From the NCBI RefSeq assembly GCF_030684315.1, contig NC_081387.1:23244647-23308646 (forward strand): a stretch of DNA of 64,000 nucleotides, given 5' to 3'. Source of the stretch: Stegostoma tigrinum. Taxonomy: Eukaryota. The translations under genes and the position numbers were made by a program. Positions 47,661 to 58,424 of this stretch are shown here, one piece after another. The notes under the pieces were generated by a model, which was not told the origin of the DNA, did no database searches, and was given only the letters and a program-made list of their open reading frames with translations. How positions within the stretch are numbered: position 1 is the first letter of the stretch; each line of letters begins with the position of its first letter.

Positions 47661-48279
47661 CGCCTCAGCCAGACCTGGAATTTTGTCCACTTTTGAGCTC
47701 ACCGAAACCTCCATTGACTCCTCACTCTCTTTGTCAAATTGCTGAAGAACCTCACAGTCCATGTTCCCAAATTCTATGCACCGTTTTTTTCTCCAAAATG
47801 AAAACCCAACTGCGATCCTCTGGTTCCTTGCACAGATTGCCCCTTTGGTCCCTAATGGGCTCTACTCTTTTCCTGGTTATTCTTTTCTGTTTGATATATT
47901 TGTAGAATATCTCAGCATTCTCATTGAGTTGCTTCCTTTGTATCTGCAAAAGCCTCTCTTTTCCTTCTTATCCATCCTGAGTGTTCCTGGACATTCAGGG
48001 TTCTCTGGGCTTGTTACTCCGACATTTCAGCCTGTTGGGTTTATACTCTGTGCAGGAATTCTGTCCCCTCTACAGCCTTTACAATATGACTTTCCAATTA
48101 ATGTTGGGAAAGTTAAAATCCCCTCGTTTAATTATGTTATTATTTTTACGCACATCATTGAACTGTTGACATGTCCAATCGCCTATTGCCTCTCGACTGT
48201 TGGGGGGCCCATAAATACACTCCCAGCAATGCGACTGCTGCCTTTTTATATCTCAGCTCGCCACACAAAACCTCGTTGG

Positions 48280-49310
48280 AAGAGGAAGTGCTGGAGGGTG
48301 GAGAAATCCCAGGACCTGATCAAGTATAATCCAAGAGGTTGTGGGAAGTTAGGGAAGAAATTGCAGGGTCCCCAGCGGAATCATCTTGCAACATCTATAA
48401 CCGTGGGTGAGGTGCTGCAGGACTGGAAGGTGGCTATTGTTGTGTGTTTAAGAAAGGCTGCAAGGAGAATCATAGAGCTCGGAGTCCGACTTCAGTGCTG
48501 GGTAATTTGTTGGAGGTGATTCTGAAAGATAGGATTTACATACATGTGGAAAGGTAAGGATTGGTTAGGGATAATCAGCACAGTTTCATGGGAGGGAACC
48601 GTCTCTCACAAACTTGATTGAGTTTTTTAACAAAGTACCAACTGAAAGATAAGGCAGAGTGGTAGATGTTGTTTACTTGGGCTTTAGTAAAGCCTCTGAC
48701 GAGGTTCCACATGGCAGACTCTGAGTAAAGTTAGAGCACATGGTATTCAGGGTGAGCATGCCAACTGGATACAAAGTTGGTTTTACTTTGGAGACAGAGT
48801 TTGGTGGTGTTGGGGGATTGTTTTTTGGACTGTGACCATTGGTGTTCCACAGGTACTGGGTTCACTTTTGCTTGTCATTGATATAAATGATTTGGATGAG
48901 AATATAGGAGGTGTGCTGAGTAAGTTTGAAGATGACATCAGGATGAGTGGGATTGTGGACAGTGAAGAAGGTTATCTAAGATCAGAAAGAAATCTTGACC
49001 AGTTGGGTCAATGGGCTGAGGAGTAGCAGATGGAGTTTAATTTGGACAGATGTGAGGTATTGCATTTTAGTGAAACAAAAAAGGGCAGGACTTATACAAC
49101 TAACGGTATGCCCCAGGGCGGTGTTGTAGAACAGAGAGAATGAGGGGTTCAGCTACAAAATCCTTTGAAATCTGTGTCACAGGGCAGTTAAGAGCCCATT
49201 TCGCACACTTGCCTTCATTGCTCAGACCTTTGATGATGGGAGATGGGACATCATGTTGACATTGTACGGGATTTTGGCCTCTCCTGGACGGCTGTATCCA
49301 GTTCTGGTCA
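48280..49310 (+). mobile_element. Decayed CR1 RT fragment
   Basis: GVPQVLGSLLLVIDINDLDENIGG..SKFEDD. Confidence 0.7.
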
Positions 49311-49314
49311 GAGA

Positions 49315-49850
49315 GCCATAGAGTCACAGAGATGTACAGCACGGAAGCAGGCCCTTCACTCCTACTTGTCCATGTTGCCCAGATATCCTGCATTGGTCTC
49401 GTCCACTTGCCAGTATTTGGACCATAATCCCTCTAAACATTTCCTATCCATTTGCCCATCCAGATGCATTTTAAATTTAGTAATTGTACCAGCCTCCACA
49501 CCTTCCTCTGGCAGCTCATTCCATACATGAGTCACCCTCTGCGTGAAAAAATTGTCCCTAAGATCCCATTTCAATCTTTCCCCTCTCGCCTTAAACCTGT
49601 GCCCTCTAGTTTTAAACACCCCCACCCTGTAGAAATCCATTTACTCTCTCCCAGCTGCTCATGATTTTGTCAACTTTTATAAGGTCACTCTTCAACCTCT
49701 GATGCTCCAGGGAAAACCATCCCAGTCCATTCAGCCTGTGCAGCTCAAACCCTCCAACCTTGGCAATCCCCTTATAAACCTTTTCTGAATCCATGCAAGT
49801 TTCACAACATCCTTCCAAGAGCAGCAAGACCAGAATTGCACACAGAAGTT
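49315..49850 (-). mobile_element. CR1 3' fragment
   Basis: TRGHRFKARGERL..FFTQRV..VWNELP on the minus strand. Confidence 0.8.
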
Positions 49851-49859
49851 GTCCTGAAG

Positions 49860-50480
49860 CCTGGGCTTTCTGTTCAGATGAGGAGGAACGAGACAGACAC
49901 CTGAGGATGTTGAAGTACGCCCTCACAGGAACAGGATGAGATGCTCAACTCATAGATCACGAGTTCCAGTGTGCCACAGTGAAAAACCGCAATGACATCC
50001 TCAGAAGACAGACATGGGATATGCCCGAAAGCATACCCTTCATCATCCATTGCTTCCTGGGAGCGGAGAATCTACACCATGTTCTTCGTAGCCTTCGACA
50101 CATTATCGATGACAATGAGCACCTCACCAAGATCTTCCCCAAACCTCTACTTCGCACCTACAAACAACCACCAAACCTTAAACAGACCATCGCTCGCAGC
50201 AATCTACCCAACCTTCAGGACAACATTGACCACAACACCACACAACCCTGTTATGGTAACCTCTGTAAAACATGTCAGAGCATCAACATGGACACCGCTA
50301 TCACGCATGGGAACACCACCCACCCACGTGCATGGCAGTTACTCATGTGGCCTGGCCAACGTTGTCTATCATCCGCTGCAGGTACGGATGGCTCAAGGCA
50401 TGGTACATGGGCGAAACCACAGCGGATCAGTGGTGCAACTATCACCAAACAGGGATCCCCTCCTCTCTCTACCCGCCCCC

Positions 50481-50514
<34 letters not shown>

Positions 50515-51220
50515 TACTCTGTCTCTCTCATACACATACACACACACTCACTCACACTGTCTCTCCCCAACATAAACACACACACACACTCACTCACACT
50601 GTCTCTCCCCCACATAAACACACACACGTGCCCACACACATGCGCACACATGCATTCACATTCTCTCTCTCTCTCCCACTCAGATGCACACTCACTCTCT
50701 CCCCCGCTCTCACACACACACACACGCATAAATCTGTGGGGTGAATTTGTATTTGTAGATATATTATAGTTCATTCAAAAAGCTCACAATTTATAGAGAG
50801 TCAGTCAGTGTGGCATTTTATAAATTCCTACTTTAGAAATAAAACCAGGCTGACTCCAAACCGAAACACAAACAGATTCGAAACAAGGCCTCGCACCTTG
50901 TGTGCATTGTCCGACATGAAATGTCACCTCTTGTTTACACTGATAAAACTTTTAGTTTTCTCAGGGCAGTGATTTGAAGGGAATTCGGGGATTTACATAG
51001 ATATATTAATCAGTTAAAACCTTCTCACTGATTAACGATTTAACTGCATCTCGGGTTTGTCTTATACATCCTCATCAGTGCTGTGGCTCCTTGATCTTTT
51101 ACTATAAATTCTGTATCTGATTCCTCCTCTCTCACTAACACCTGCAGAAGCGAGGCTTGAAAGCTTCTGTTTTCAAATAAACCTTTTGGGTTATCGCCTG
51201 GTGTTGTGTGATTTCTAACA
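49860..51220 (+). mobile_element. Decayed Penelope-like element of another family (RT thumb, Cys linker, GIY-YIG start, CA-rich tract, degenerate HHR end)
   Basis: KQPPNLKQTI, PCYGNLCKTCQ, SC..ANVVY, WYMGET; 3' end cacctgcagaagcgaggcttGAAAGCTT near 51140. Confidence 0.75.
50482..50727 (+). repeat. (CA)n/(CT)n compound microsatellite
   Basis: Seen directly. Confidence 0.95.
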
Positions 51221-52149
51221 CTATTCTCATTGAATTTAATCCCATTGAACTCCTTTTGTCAGGAATGCTGCTTCACATGTTAATTTGTCAAAAGACAAAT
51301 GTCAAAAGACAAAGTGTCAGCACTTTGAAACTTAATACATGCTTCTCTCTCACATGACTTCCCAGCACAGACTGAAAAACAAAGTCAGAGTCTGGAAAGA
51401 TCTGCTCTTGTATCGTGAGGGTGTGGGGGAAGGTTAGATAGGAAGAAACTGTCCCACTTGGTGGAAGGATCAATAGGAAGATTGAGAACAGGTTGAAGGG
51501 AAAATGGCATTGGGAACGTGATGTTCTGAACATCAGTGCCTGACAGTGGGGTGGAGGCAGGGACATTTGAAGGATCTGTGGGTGATGATTGGGATGGGGA
51601 AGTGTCACACAATAAACTTCTCCCATGGAGAGCTGCACATGTGTGATAAGGTCCTGCACTCTAACCATTCTGTGATCCTGTGCCTTACTGCAGATGCTCT
51701 GGGTCATACTCTTTCTGTTTTATTTGTTACTTACCAAATCAGAATTTTTAATTTCTCCATTAAAAGAAAAATGTTTCAAGAAAGAAAAAAGCTCACAGCT
51801 TTTCTCTCTGACAAATCTGTTAAGTTCTCTTGCTGAGTGTGGTCAATGATCTCTCACCCCATGGACCCTCTCACTCATCTCAGTTTCTCTGTGCCCTTCC
51901 TAAGGAGAGACAAACACTACACACCCAACTCGGTAAGGAAATGTAAGTATTGGTGTGTTAAAATCAAGAGTGAAACATTATTTTTAATTCAGATCCAATA
52001 CAGGTCCCCGCGCAAAGGCTGGAATTCAAAGCGTCGCCTGGAAAATAATTCTGGTCCCACAGTGAGATGTATTCACACAAACTTCACTTTATCCATTAAA
52101 TACATGCCCGGAGGTGATGCATTAACTTTATTAACATGAATAATTTTCG

Positions 52150-52635
52150 GTGAATTATATCTTAAAGTGAAACTTCCACGCAGTGACACATTTGTTCGAA
52201 GGAGGGAGCAATGAATTGCACTTGAGTTCAGTGAAAACGGAAGTAAATGTTTTCAGGGAGGGGCTGTCGTTGCGAACGTCTCTATTTTTAACACATTTGT
52301 CCGAGAAAAGGCGGAAAATGTTCGATCAGATTGTGGGAAAGTAAGAGGTGAGTTCCAAACCCTCTTTAATTTCAGGAAGGGCTCATTCCCTGTGGGATCG
52401 GGTGGATTTTAGTCCCGCTGAAAGATCCCAATCAAATCCAAGGAGTTGAACGGGGAGCCGCTGGGGATTGTGCAGTGAAAAGGTGAAACCTTTCTCCAAT
52501 GTCTCTGATCAGCTGCACAGAGCCTGGAGCTGGTTCCTGTCAGTATAAGGGAACAGGAGGGAGAGGCAATGTGTAACATTCACCTCTCAGGGTCAGACAC
52601 AGCGACTGGAAAGGGAGACGGAAGTGAAAAGGAGG
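52150..52635 (+). promoter_or_regulatory. Candidate IRF/ETS-regulated promoter and short first exon, copy B
   Basis: AAAGTGAAACT at 52164-52174; IRF-ETS GAAAACGGAAGT at 52233-52244; donor GAG|GTGAGT at 52348; GGAAGTGAAA at 52620-52629. Confidence 0.55.
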
Positions 52636-52711
52636 AACAGAGTGAGGGCCATGAGATGGAACATGACCCACTGGGGTTTCTGTTTAAAGGCAAATAATTC
52701 AATCCTGGAGG

Positions 52712-52854
52712 TAATAAAGCGTGAGGCTGGATGAACACAGCAGGCCCAGCAGCATCTCAGGAGCACAAAAGCTGCTGGGCCTGCTGTGTTCATCCAGCCT
52801 CACATTTTATTATCTTGGATTCTCCAGCATCTGCAGTTCACATTATCACTGATA
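52712..52854. mobile_element. Miniature inverted Penelope-end insertion
   Basis: TSD caatcctggaggtaat at 52700-52715 and 52855-52870; empty site in copy A at 31765-31780. Confidence 0.9.
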
Positions 52855-53411
52855 CAATCCTGGAGGTAATTGTGTGTTTTCATCCCCGGGAACAGACCTT
52901 TAAAGCAGAAAGTTAATGTTCAGCCATTCCTCCATCCACGTTGATTGCAGTTTGCTGCTTTGTTTAAGTCGGGTCTTTAAAGAGTATTGATGCACTAACT
53001 TTCCCTTCCCCTGTGTAAATATTTAATTTGTACATTTTAGAGAGATGGACAAGGGAAGCGAGGATACTGTGAGGAAAAACACTTTAACACAGCGAGTTAA
53101 TAAAATGTGAGGCTGGATGAACACAGCAGGCCAAGCAGCATCTCAGGAGCACAAAAGCTGACGTTTCGGGCCTAGACCCTTCATCAGAGAGGGGGATGGG
53201 GGGAGGGAACTGGAATAAATAGGGAGAGAGGGGGAGGCGGACCGAAGATGGAGAGTAAAGAAGATAGGTGGAGAGGGTGTAGGTGGGGAGGTAGGGAGGG
53301 GATAGGTCAGTCCAGGGAAGACGGACAGGTCAAGGAGGTGGGATGAGGTTAGTAGGTAGCTGGGGGTGCGGCTTCGGGTGGGAGGAAGGGATGGGTGAGA
53401 GGAAGAACCGG

Positions 53412-54998
53412 TTAGGGAGGCAGAGACAGGTTGGACTGGTTTTGGGATGCAGTGGGTGGGGGGGAGGAGCTGGGCTGGTTGTGTGGTGCAGTGGGGGGAG
53501 GAGACGAACTGGGCTGGTTTAGGGATGCAGTAGGGGAAGGGGAGATTTTGAAACTGGTGAAGTCCACATTGATACCATTGGGCTGCAGGGTTCCCAGGCG
53601 GAATATGAGTTGCTGTTCCTGCAACCTTCGGGTGGCATCATTGTGGCAGTGCAGGAGGCCCATGATGGACATGTCATCAAGAGAATGGGAGGGGGAGTGG
53701 AAATGGTTTGCGACTGGGAGGTGCAGTTGTTTGTTGCGAACTGAGCGGAGGTGTTCTGCAAAGCGGTCCCCAAGCCTCCGCTTGATTTCCCCAATGTAGA
53801 GAAAGCCGCACCGGGTACAGTGGATGCAGTATACCACATTGGCAGATGTGCAGGTGAACCTCTGCTTAATGTGGAATGTCATCTTGGGGCCTGGGATGGG
53901 GGTGAGGGAGGAGGTGTGGGGGCAAGTGTAGCATTTCCTGCGGTTGCAGGGGAAGGTGCCGGGTGTGGTGGGGTTGGAGGGCAGTGTGGAGCGAACAAGG
54001 GAGTCACGGAGAGAGTGGTCTCTCCGGAAAGCAGACAGGGGTGGGGATGGAAAAATGTCTTGGGTGGTGGGGTCAGATTGTAAATGGCGGAAGTGTCGGA
54101 GGATAATGCGTTGTATCCGGAGGTTGGTAGGGTGGTGTGTGAGAACGAGGGGGATCCTCTTGGGGCGGTTGTGGCGAGGGCGGGGTGTGAGGGATGTGTC
54201 GCGGGAAATGCGGGAGACGCGGTCAAGGGCGTTCTCAATCACCGTGGGGGGGAAGTTGCGGTCCTTAAAGAACTTGGACATCTGGGATGTGCGGGAGTGG
54301 AATGTCTTATCGTGGGAGCAGATGCGGCGGAGGCGGAGGAATTGGGAATAGGGGATGGAATTTTTGCAGGAGGGTGGGTGGGAGGAGGTGTATTCTAGGT
54401 AGCTGTGGGAGTCGGTGGGCTTGAAATGGACATCAGTTACAAGCTGGTTGCCTGAGATGGAGACTGAGAGGTCCAGGAAGGTGAGGGATGTGCTGGAGAT
54501 GGCCCAGGTGAACTGAAGGTTGGGGTGGAAGGTGTTGGTGAAGTGGATGAACTGTTCGAGCTCCTCTGGGGAGCAAGAGGCGGCGCCGATACAGTCATCA
54601 ATGTACCGGAGGAAGAGGTGGGGTTTGGGGCCTGTGTAGGTGCGGAAGATGGACTGTTCCACGTAACCTACAAAGAGGCAGGCATAGCTGGGGCCCATGC
54701 GGGTGCCCATGGCCACCCCCTTAGTCTGTAGGAAGTGGGAGGAGTCAAAAGAGAAGTTGTTGAGTGTGAGGACGAGTTCCGCTAGGCGGATGAGAGTATC
54801 GGTGGAGGGGGCCTGGTCGGGCCTGCGGGACAGGAAGAAGCGGAGGGCCTTGAGGCCATCTCCATGCGGAATGCAGGTGTACAGGGACTGGACGTCCATG
54901 GTGAATATGAGGTGTTGGGGGCCAGGGAATTGGAAGTCCTGGAGGAGGTGGAGGGCGTGGGTGGTGTCACGGACATAGGTGGGGAGTTCCTGGACCAA
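53412..54998 (-). CDS. Penelope-like RT + GIY-YIG (inverted arm copy)
   Basis: 528-aa ORF, 3 aa different from 56586..58172. Confidence 0.9.
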   Translation of the reverse strand: MVQELPTYVRDTTHALHLLQDFQFPGPQHLIFTMDVQSLYTCIPHGDGLKALRFFLSRRPDQAPSTDTLIRLAELVLTLNNFSFDSSHFLQTKGVAMGTRMGPSYACLFVGYVEQSIFRTYTGPKPHLFLRYIDDCIGAASCSPEELEQFIHFTNTFHPNLQFTWAISSTSLTFLDLSVSISGNQLVTDVHFKPTDSHSYLEYTSSHPPSCKNSIPYSQFLRLRRICSHDKTFHSRTSQMSKFFKDRNFPPTVIENALDRVSRISRDTSLTPRPRHNRPKRIPLVLTHHPTNLRIQRIILRHFRHLQSDPTTQDIFPSPPLSAFRRDHSLRDSLVRSTLPSNPTTPGTFPCNRRKCYTCPHTSSLTPIPGPKMTFHIKQRFTCTSANVVYCIHCTRCGFLYIGEIKRRLGDRFAEHLRSVRNKQLHLPVANHFHSPSHSLDDMSIMGLLHCHNDATRRLQEQQLIFRLGTLQPNGINVDFTSFKISPSPTASLNQPSSSPPPTAPHNQPSSSPPPTASQNQSNLSLPP

Positions 54999-55425
54999 AG
55001 GGGAGAAAATGGAGTCCAGATAGGTGGAGATGAGTTCGGTGGGGCAGGAGCAGGCTGAGACGATGGGTCGACCAGGGCAGGCAGGTTTGTGGATTTTGGG
55101 AAGGAGATAGAAACGGGCCGTGCGGGGTTGGGGAACAATGAGGTTGGAGGCTGTGGGTGGGAGGTCCCCTGAGGTGATGAGGTCATGAATGGTGTTGGAG
55201 ATGATGGTTTGGTGCTCGGGTGTGGGGTCATGATCGAGGAGGCGGTAGGAGGTGGTGTCGGAGAGTTAGCGTCTGGCCTCGGCGATGTAGAGGTCAGTGC
55301 GCCATACTACCACTGCGCCACCCTTGTCTGCGGGTTTGATGGTGAGGTTGGGGTTGGAGCGGAGGGAGCGGAGGGCTGCCCGTTCTGCGGGGGAGAGGTT
55401 GGAGTGGGTGAGAGGGGTGGAGAGG

Positions 55426-58172
55426 GTCCCTGCCACCCACAAGAGGATTCCTGCGCCTCCCAAATCCCGACTCTGTCCCTGCCCCTCCCCCACCATGCAC
55501 CCGCCGCCATTGACCATGAGGACACGGCCGGAGACCCCACCGATGACGTCACATCGGCCTCCGCCGGCCACAGAACTTCCGGAACCGCTGCTGCAGTCAC
55601 CACCTCCACGTCCAGGTTCTACAGCCCACACACCACCCTCACCTCAGCTGCTGCCGCCCACCCCGATCCTCCCACCGCCGACGGAACCCCGCCCACGGTC
55701 GACGCCGACGGAACCCCGCCCACGGTCGACGCCGACGGAACCCCGCCCACGGTCGACGCCGACGGAACCCCGCCCAAGGCCGACGACATCATCGCTCCGC
55801 CCACAACCTCCACAGCCTGCAACCCCAGAGGAGACAGCCACACTGAGCCCTGCCGCATCTTCACCATCCCCCCAGACCTCCCACTGACTGAGGACGAACG
55901 GTCAGTCCTGAGCAAGGGGCTCACCTTTGTCCCCCTACAACCACACATCAACGAATACCAGTCACGGTCGGACATAGAGCAGTTTTTCCGCCGTCTTCGC
56001 CTGCATGCCTACTTCTTCAACCGGGAACCCAACCCTCCTTCCACTGACCCCTTCACCCGCTTCCAACACAAGTCCTCCTCCTGGACACTACCCCCAGGCC
56101 TCCTACCCTCCCTCGACCTCTTCATCTCCAACTGCCGTCGAGACATTAACCGCCTCAACCTCTCCACCCCTCTCACCCACTCCAACCTCTCCCCCGCAGA
56201 ACGGGCAGCCCTCCGCTCCCTCCGCTCCAACCCCAACCTCACCATCAAACCCGCAGACAAGGGTGGCGCAGTGGTAGTATGGCGCACTGACCTCTACATC
56301 GCCGAGGCCAGACGCTAACTCTCCGACACCACCTCCTACCGCCTCCTCGATCATGACCCCACACCCGAGCACCAAACCATCATCTCCAACACCATTCATG
56401 ACCTCATCACCTCAGGGGACCTCCCACCCACAGCCTCCAACCTCATTGTTCCCCAACCCCGCACGGTCCGTTTCTATCTCCTTCCCAAAATCCACAAACC
56501 TGCCTGCCCTGGTCGACCCATCGTCTCAGCCTGCTCCTGCCCCACCGAACTCATCTCCACCTATCTGGACTCCATTTTCTCCCCTTTGGTCCAGGAACTC
56601 CCCACCTATGTCCGTGACACCACCCACGCCCTCCACCTCCTCCAGGACTTCCAATTCCCTGGCCCCCAACACCTCATATTCACCATGGACGTCCAGTCCC
56701 TGTACACCTGCATTCCGCATGGAGATGGCCTCAAGGCCCTCCGCTTCTTCCTGTCCCGCAGGCCCGACCAGGCCCCCTCCACCGACACTCTCATCCGCCT
56801 AGCGGAACTCGTCCTCACACTCAACAACTTCTCTTTTGACTCCTCCCACTTCCTACAGACTAAGGGGGTGGCCATGGGCACCCGCATGGGCCCCAGCTAT
56901 GCCTGCCTCTTTGTAGGTTACGTGGAACAGTCCATCTTCCGCACCTACACAGGCCCCAAACCCCACCTCTTCCTCCGGTACATTGATGACTGTATCGGCG
57001 CCGCCTCTTGCTCCCCAGAGGAGCTCGAACAGTTCATCCACTTCACCAACACCTTCCACCCCAACCTTCAGTTCACCTGGGCCATCTCCAGCACATCCCT
57101 CACCTTCCTGGACCTCTCAGTCTCCATCTCAGGCAACCAGCTTGTAACTGATGTCCATTTCAAGCCCACCGACTCCCACAGCTACCTAGAATACACCTCC
57201 TCCCACCCACCCTCCTGCAAAAATTCCATCCCCTATTCCCAATTCCTCCGCCTCCGCCGCATCTGCTCCCACGATAAGACATTCCACTCCCGCACATCCC
57301 AGATGTCCAAGTTCTTTAAGGACCGCAACTTCCCCCCCATGGTGATTGAGAACGCCCTTGACCGCGTCTCCCGCATTTCCCGCGACACATCCCTCACACC
57401 CCGCCCCCGCCACAACCGCCCCAAGAGGATCCCCCTCGTTCTCACACACCACCCTACCAACCTCCGGATACAACGCATTATCCTCCGACACTTCCGCCAT
57501 TTACAATCCGACCCCACCACCCAAGACATTTTTCCATCCCCACCCCTGTCTGCTTTCCGGAGAGACCACTCTCTCCGTGACTCCCTTGTTCGCTCCACAC
57601 TGCCCTCCAACCCCACCACACCCGGCACCTTCCCCTGCAACCGCAGGAAATGCTACACTTGTCCCCACACCTCCTCCCTCACCCCTATCCCAGGCCCCAA
57701 GATGACATTCCACATTAAGCAGAGGTTCACCTGCACATCTGCCAATGTGGTATACTGCATCCACTGTACCCGGTGCGGCTTTCTCTACATTGGGGAAACC
57801 AAGCGGAGGCTTGGGGACCGCTTTGCAGAACACCTCCGCTCAGTTCGCAACAAACAACTGCACCTCCCAGTCGCAAACCATTTCCACTCCCCCTCCCATT
57901 CTCTTGATGACATGTCCATCATGGGCCTCCTGCACTGCCACAATGATGCCACCCGAAGGTTGCAGGAACAGCAACTTATATTCCGCCTGGGAACCCTGCA
58001 GCCATATGGTATCAATGTGGACTTCACCAGTTTCAAAATCTCCCCTTCCCCCACTGCATCCCTAAACCAGCCCAGTTCATCCCCTCCCCCCACTGCACCA
58101 CACAACCAGCCCAGCTCTTCCCCCCCACCCACTGCATCCCAAAACCAGTCCAACCTGTCTCTGCCTCCCTAA
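55426..58172 (+). pseudogene. Penelope-like polyprotein frame, 5'-truncated, with one in-frame TAA at 56316-56318
   Basis: LSKGLTFVP, SNLSPAERAALRSL..IKPADKGGAVVVW, stop, then in frame FYLLPKIHK..PGRPIVS into the 56586..58172 RT/GIY-YIG ORF. Confidence 0.88.
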
Positions 58173-58396
58173 CCGGTTCTTCCTCTCACCCATCCCTTCC
58201 TCCCACCCGAAGCCGCACCCCCAGCTACCTACTAACCTCATCCCACCTCCTTGACCTGTCCGTCTTCCCTGGACTGACCTATCCCCTCCCTACCTCCCCA
58301 CCCACACCTTCTCCACCTATCTTCTTTACTCTCCATCTTCGGTCCGCCTCCCCCTCTCTCCCTATTTATTCCAGTTCCCTCCCCCCATCCCCCTCT

Positions 58397-58424
58397 CTGA
58401 TGAAGGGTCTAGGCCCGAAACGTC
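58397..58424 (+). ncRNA. Minimal hammerhead ribozyme motif of the Neptune family (also 35122, 45952, 61145 on +; 42378, 53160 on -)
   Basis: CTGATGA-a-GGGT-ctag-GCCC-GAAA-CGTC. Confidence 0.75.

Larger units (their letters stand above)
37725..48280 (-). mobile_element. Old minus-strand CR1, split by nested insertions (pieces about 37725-38121 and 46240-48280)
   Basis: 3' end at 37725-38121 resumes after 46240 (PQGSALRPILFVIYIDN, PEDWRTADVFPL on the minus strand). Confidence 0.65.

Noticed and set aside
55677-55784. CRISPR-like array
   Set aside because: Contiguous tandem repeat with no spacers, in eukaryotic retroelement coding sequence.
55185-56318. 377-aa ORF as a novel gene
   Set aside because: It is a chance fusion across the inversion junction near 55425: antisense Penelope sequence followed by the true Penelope frame.
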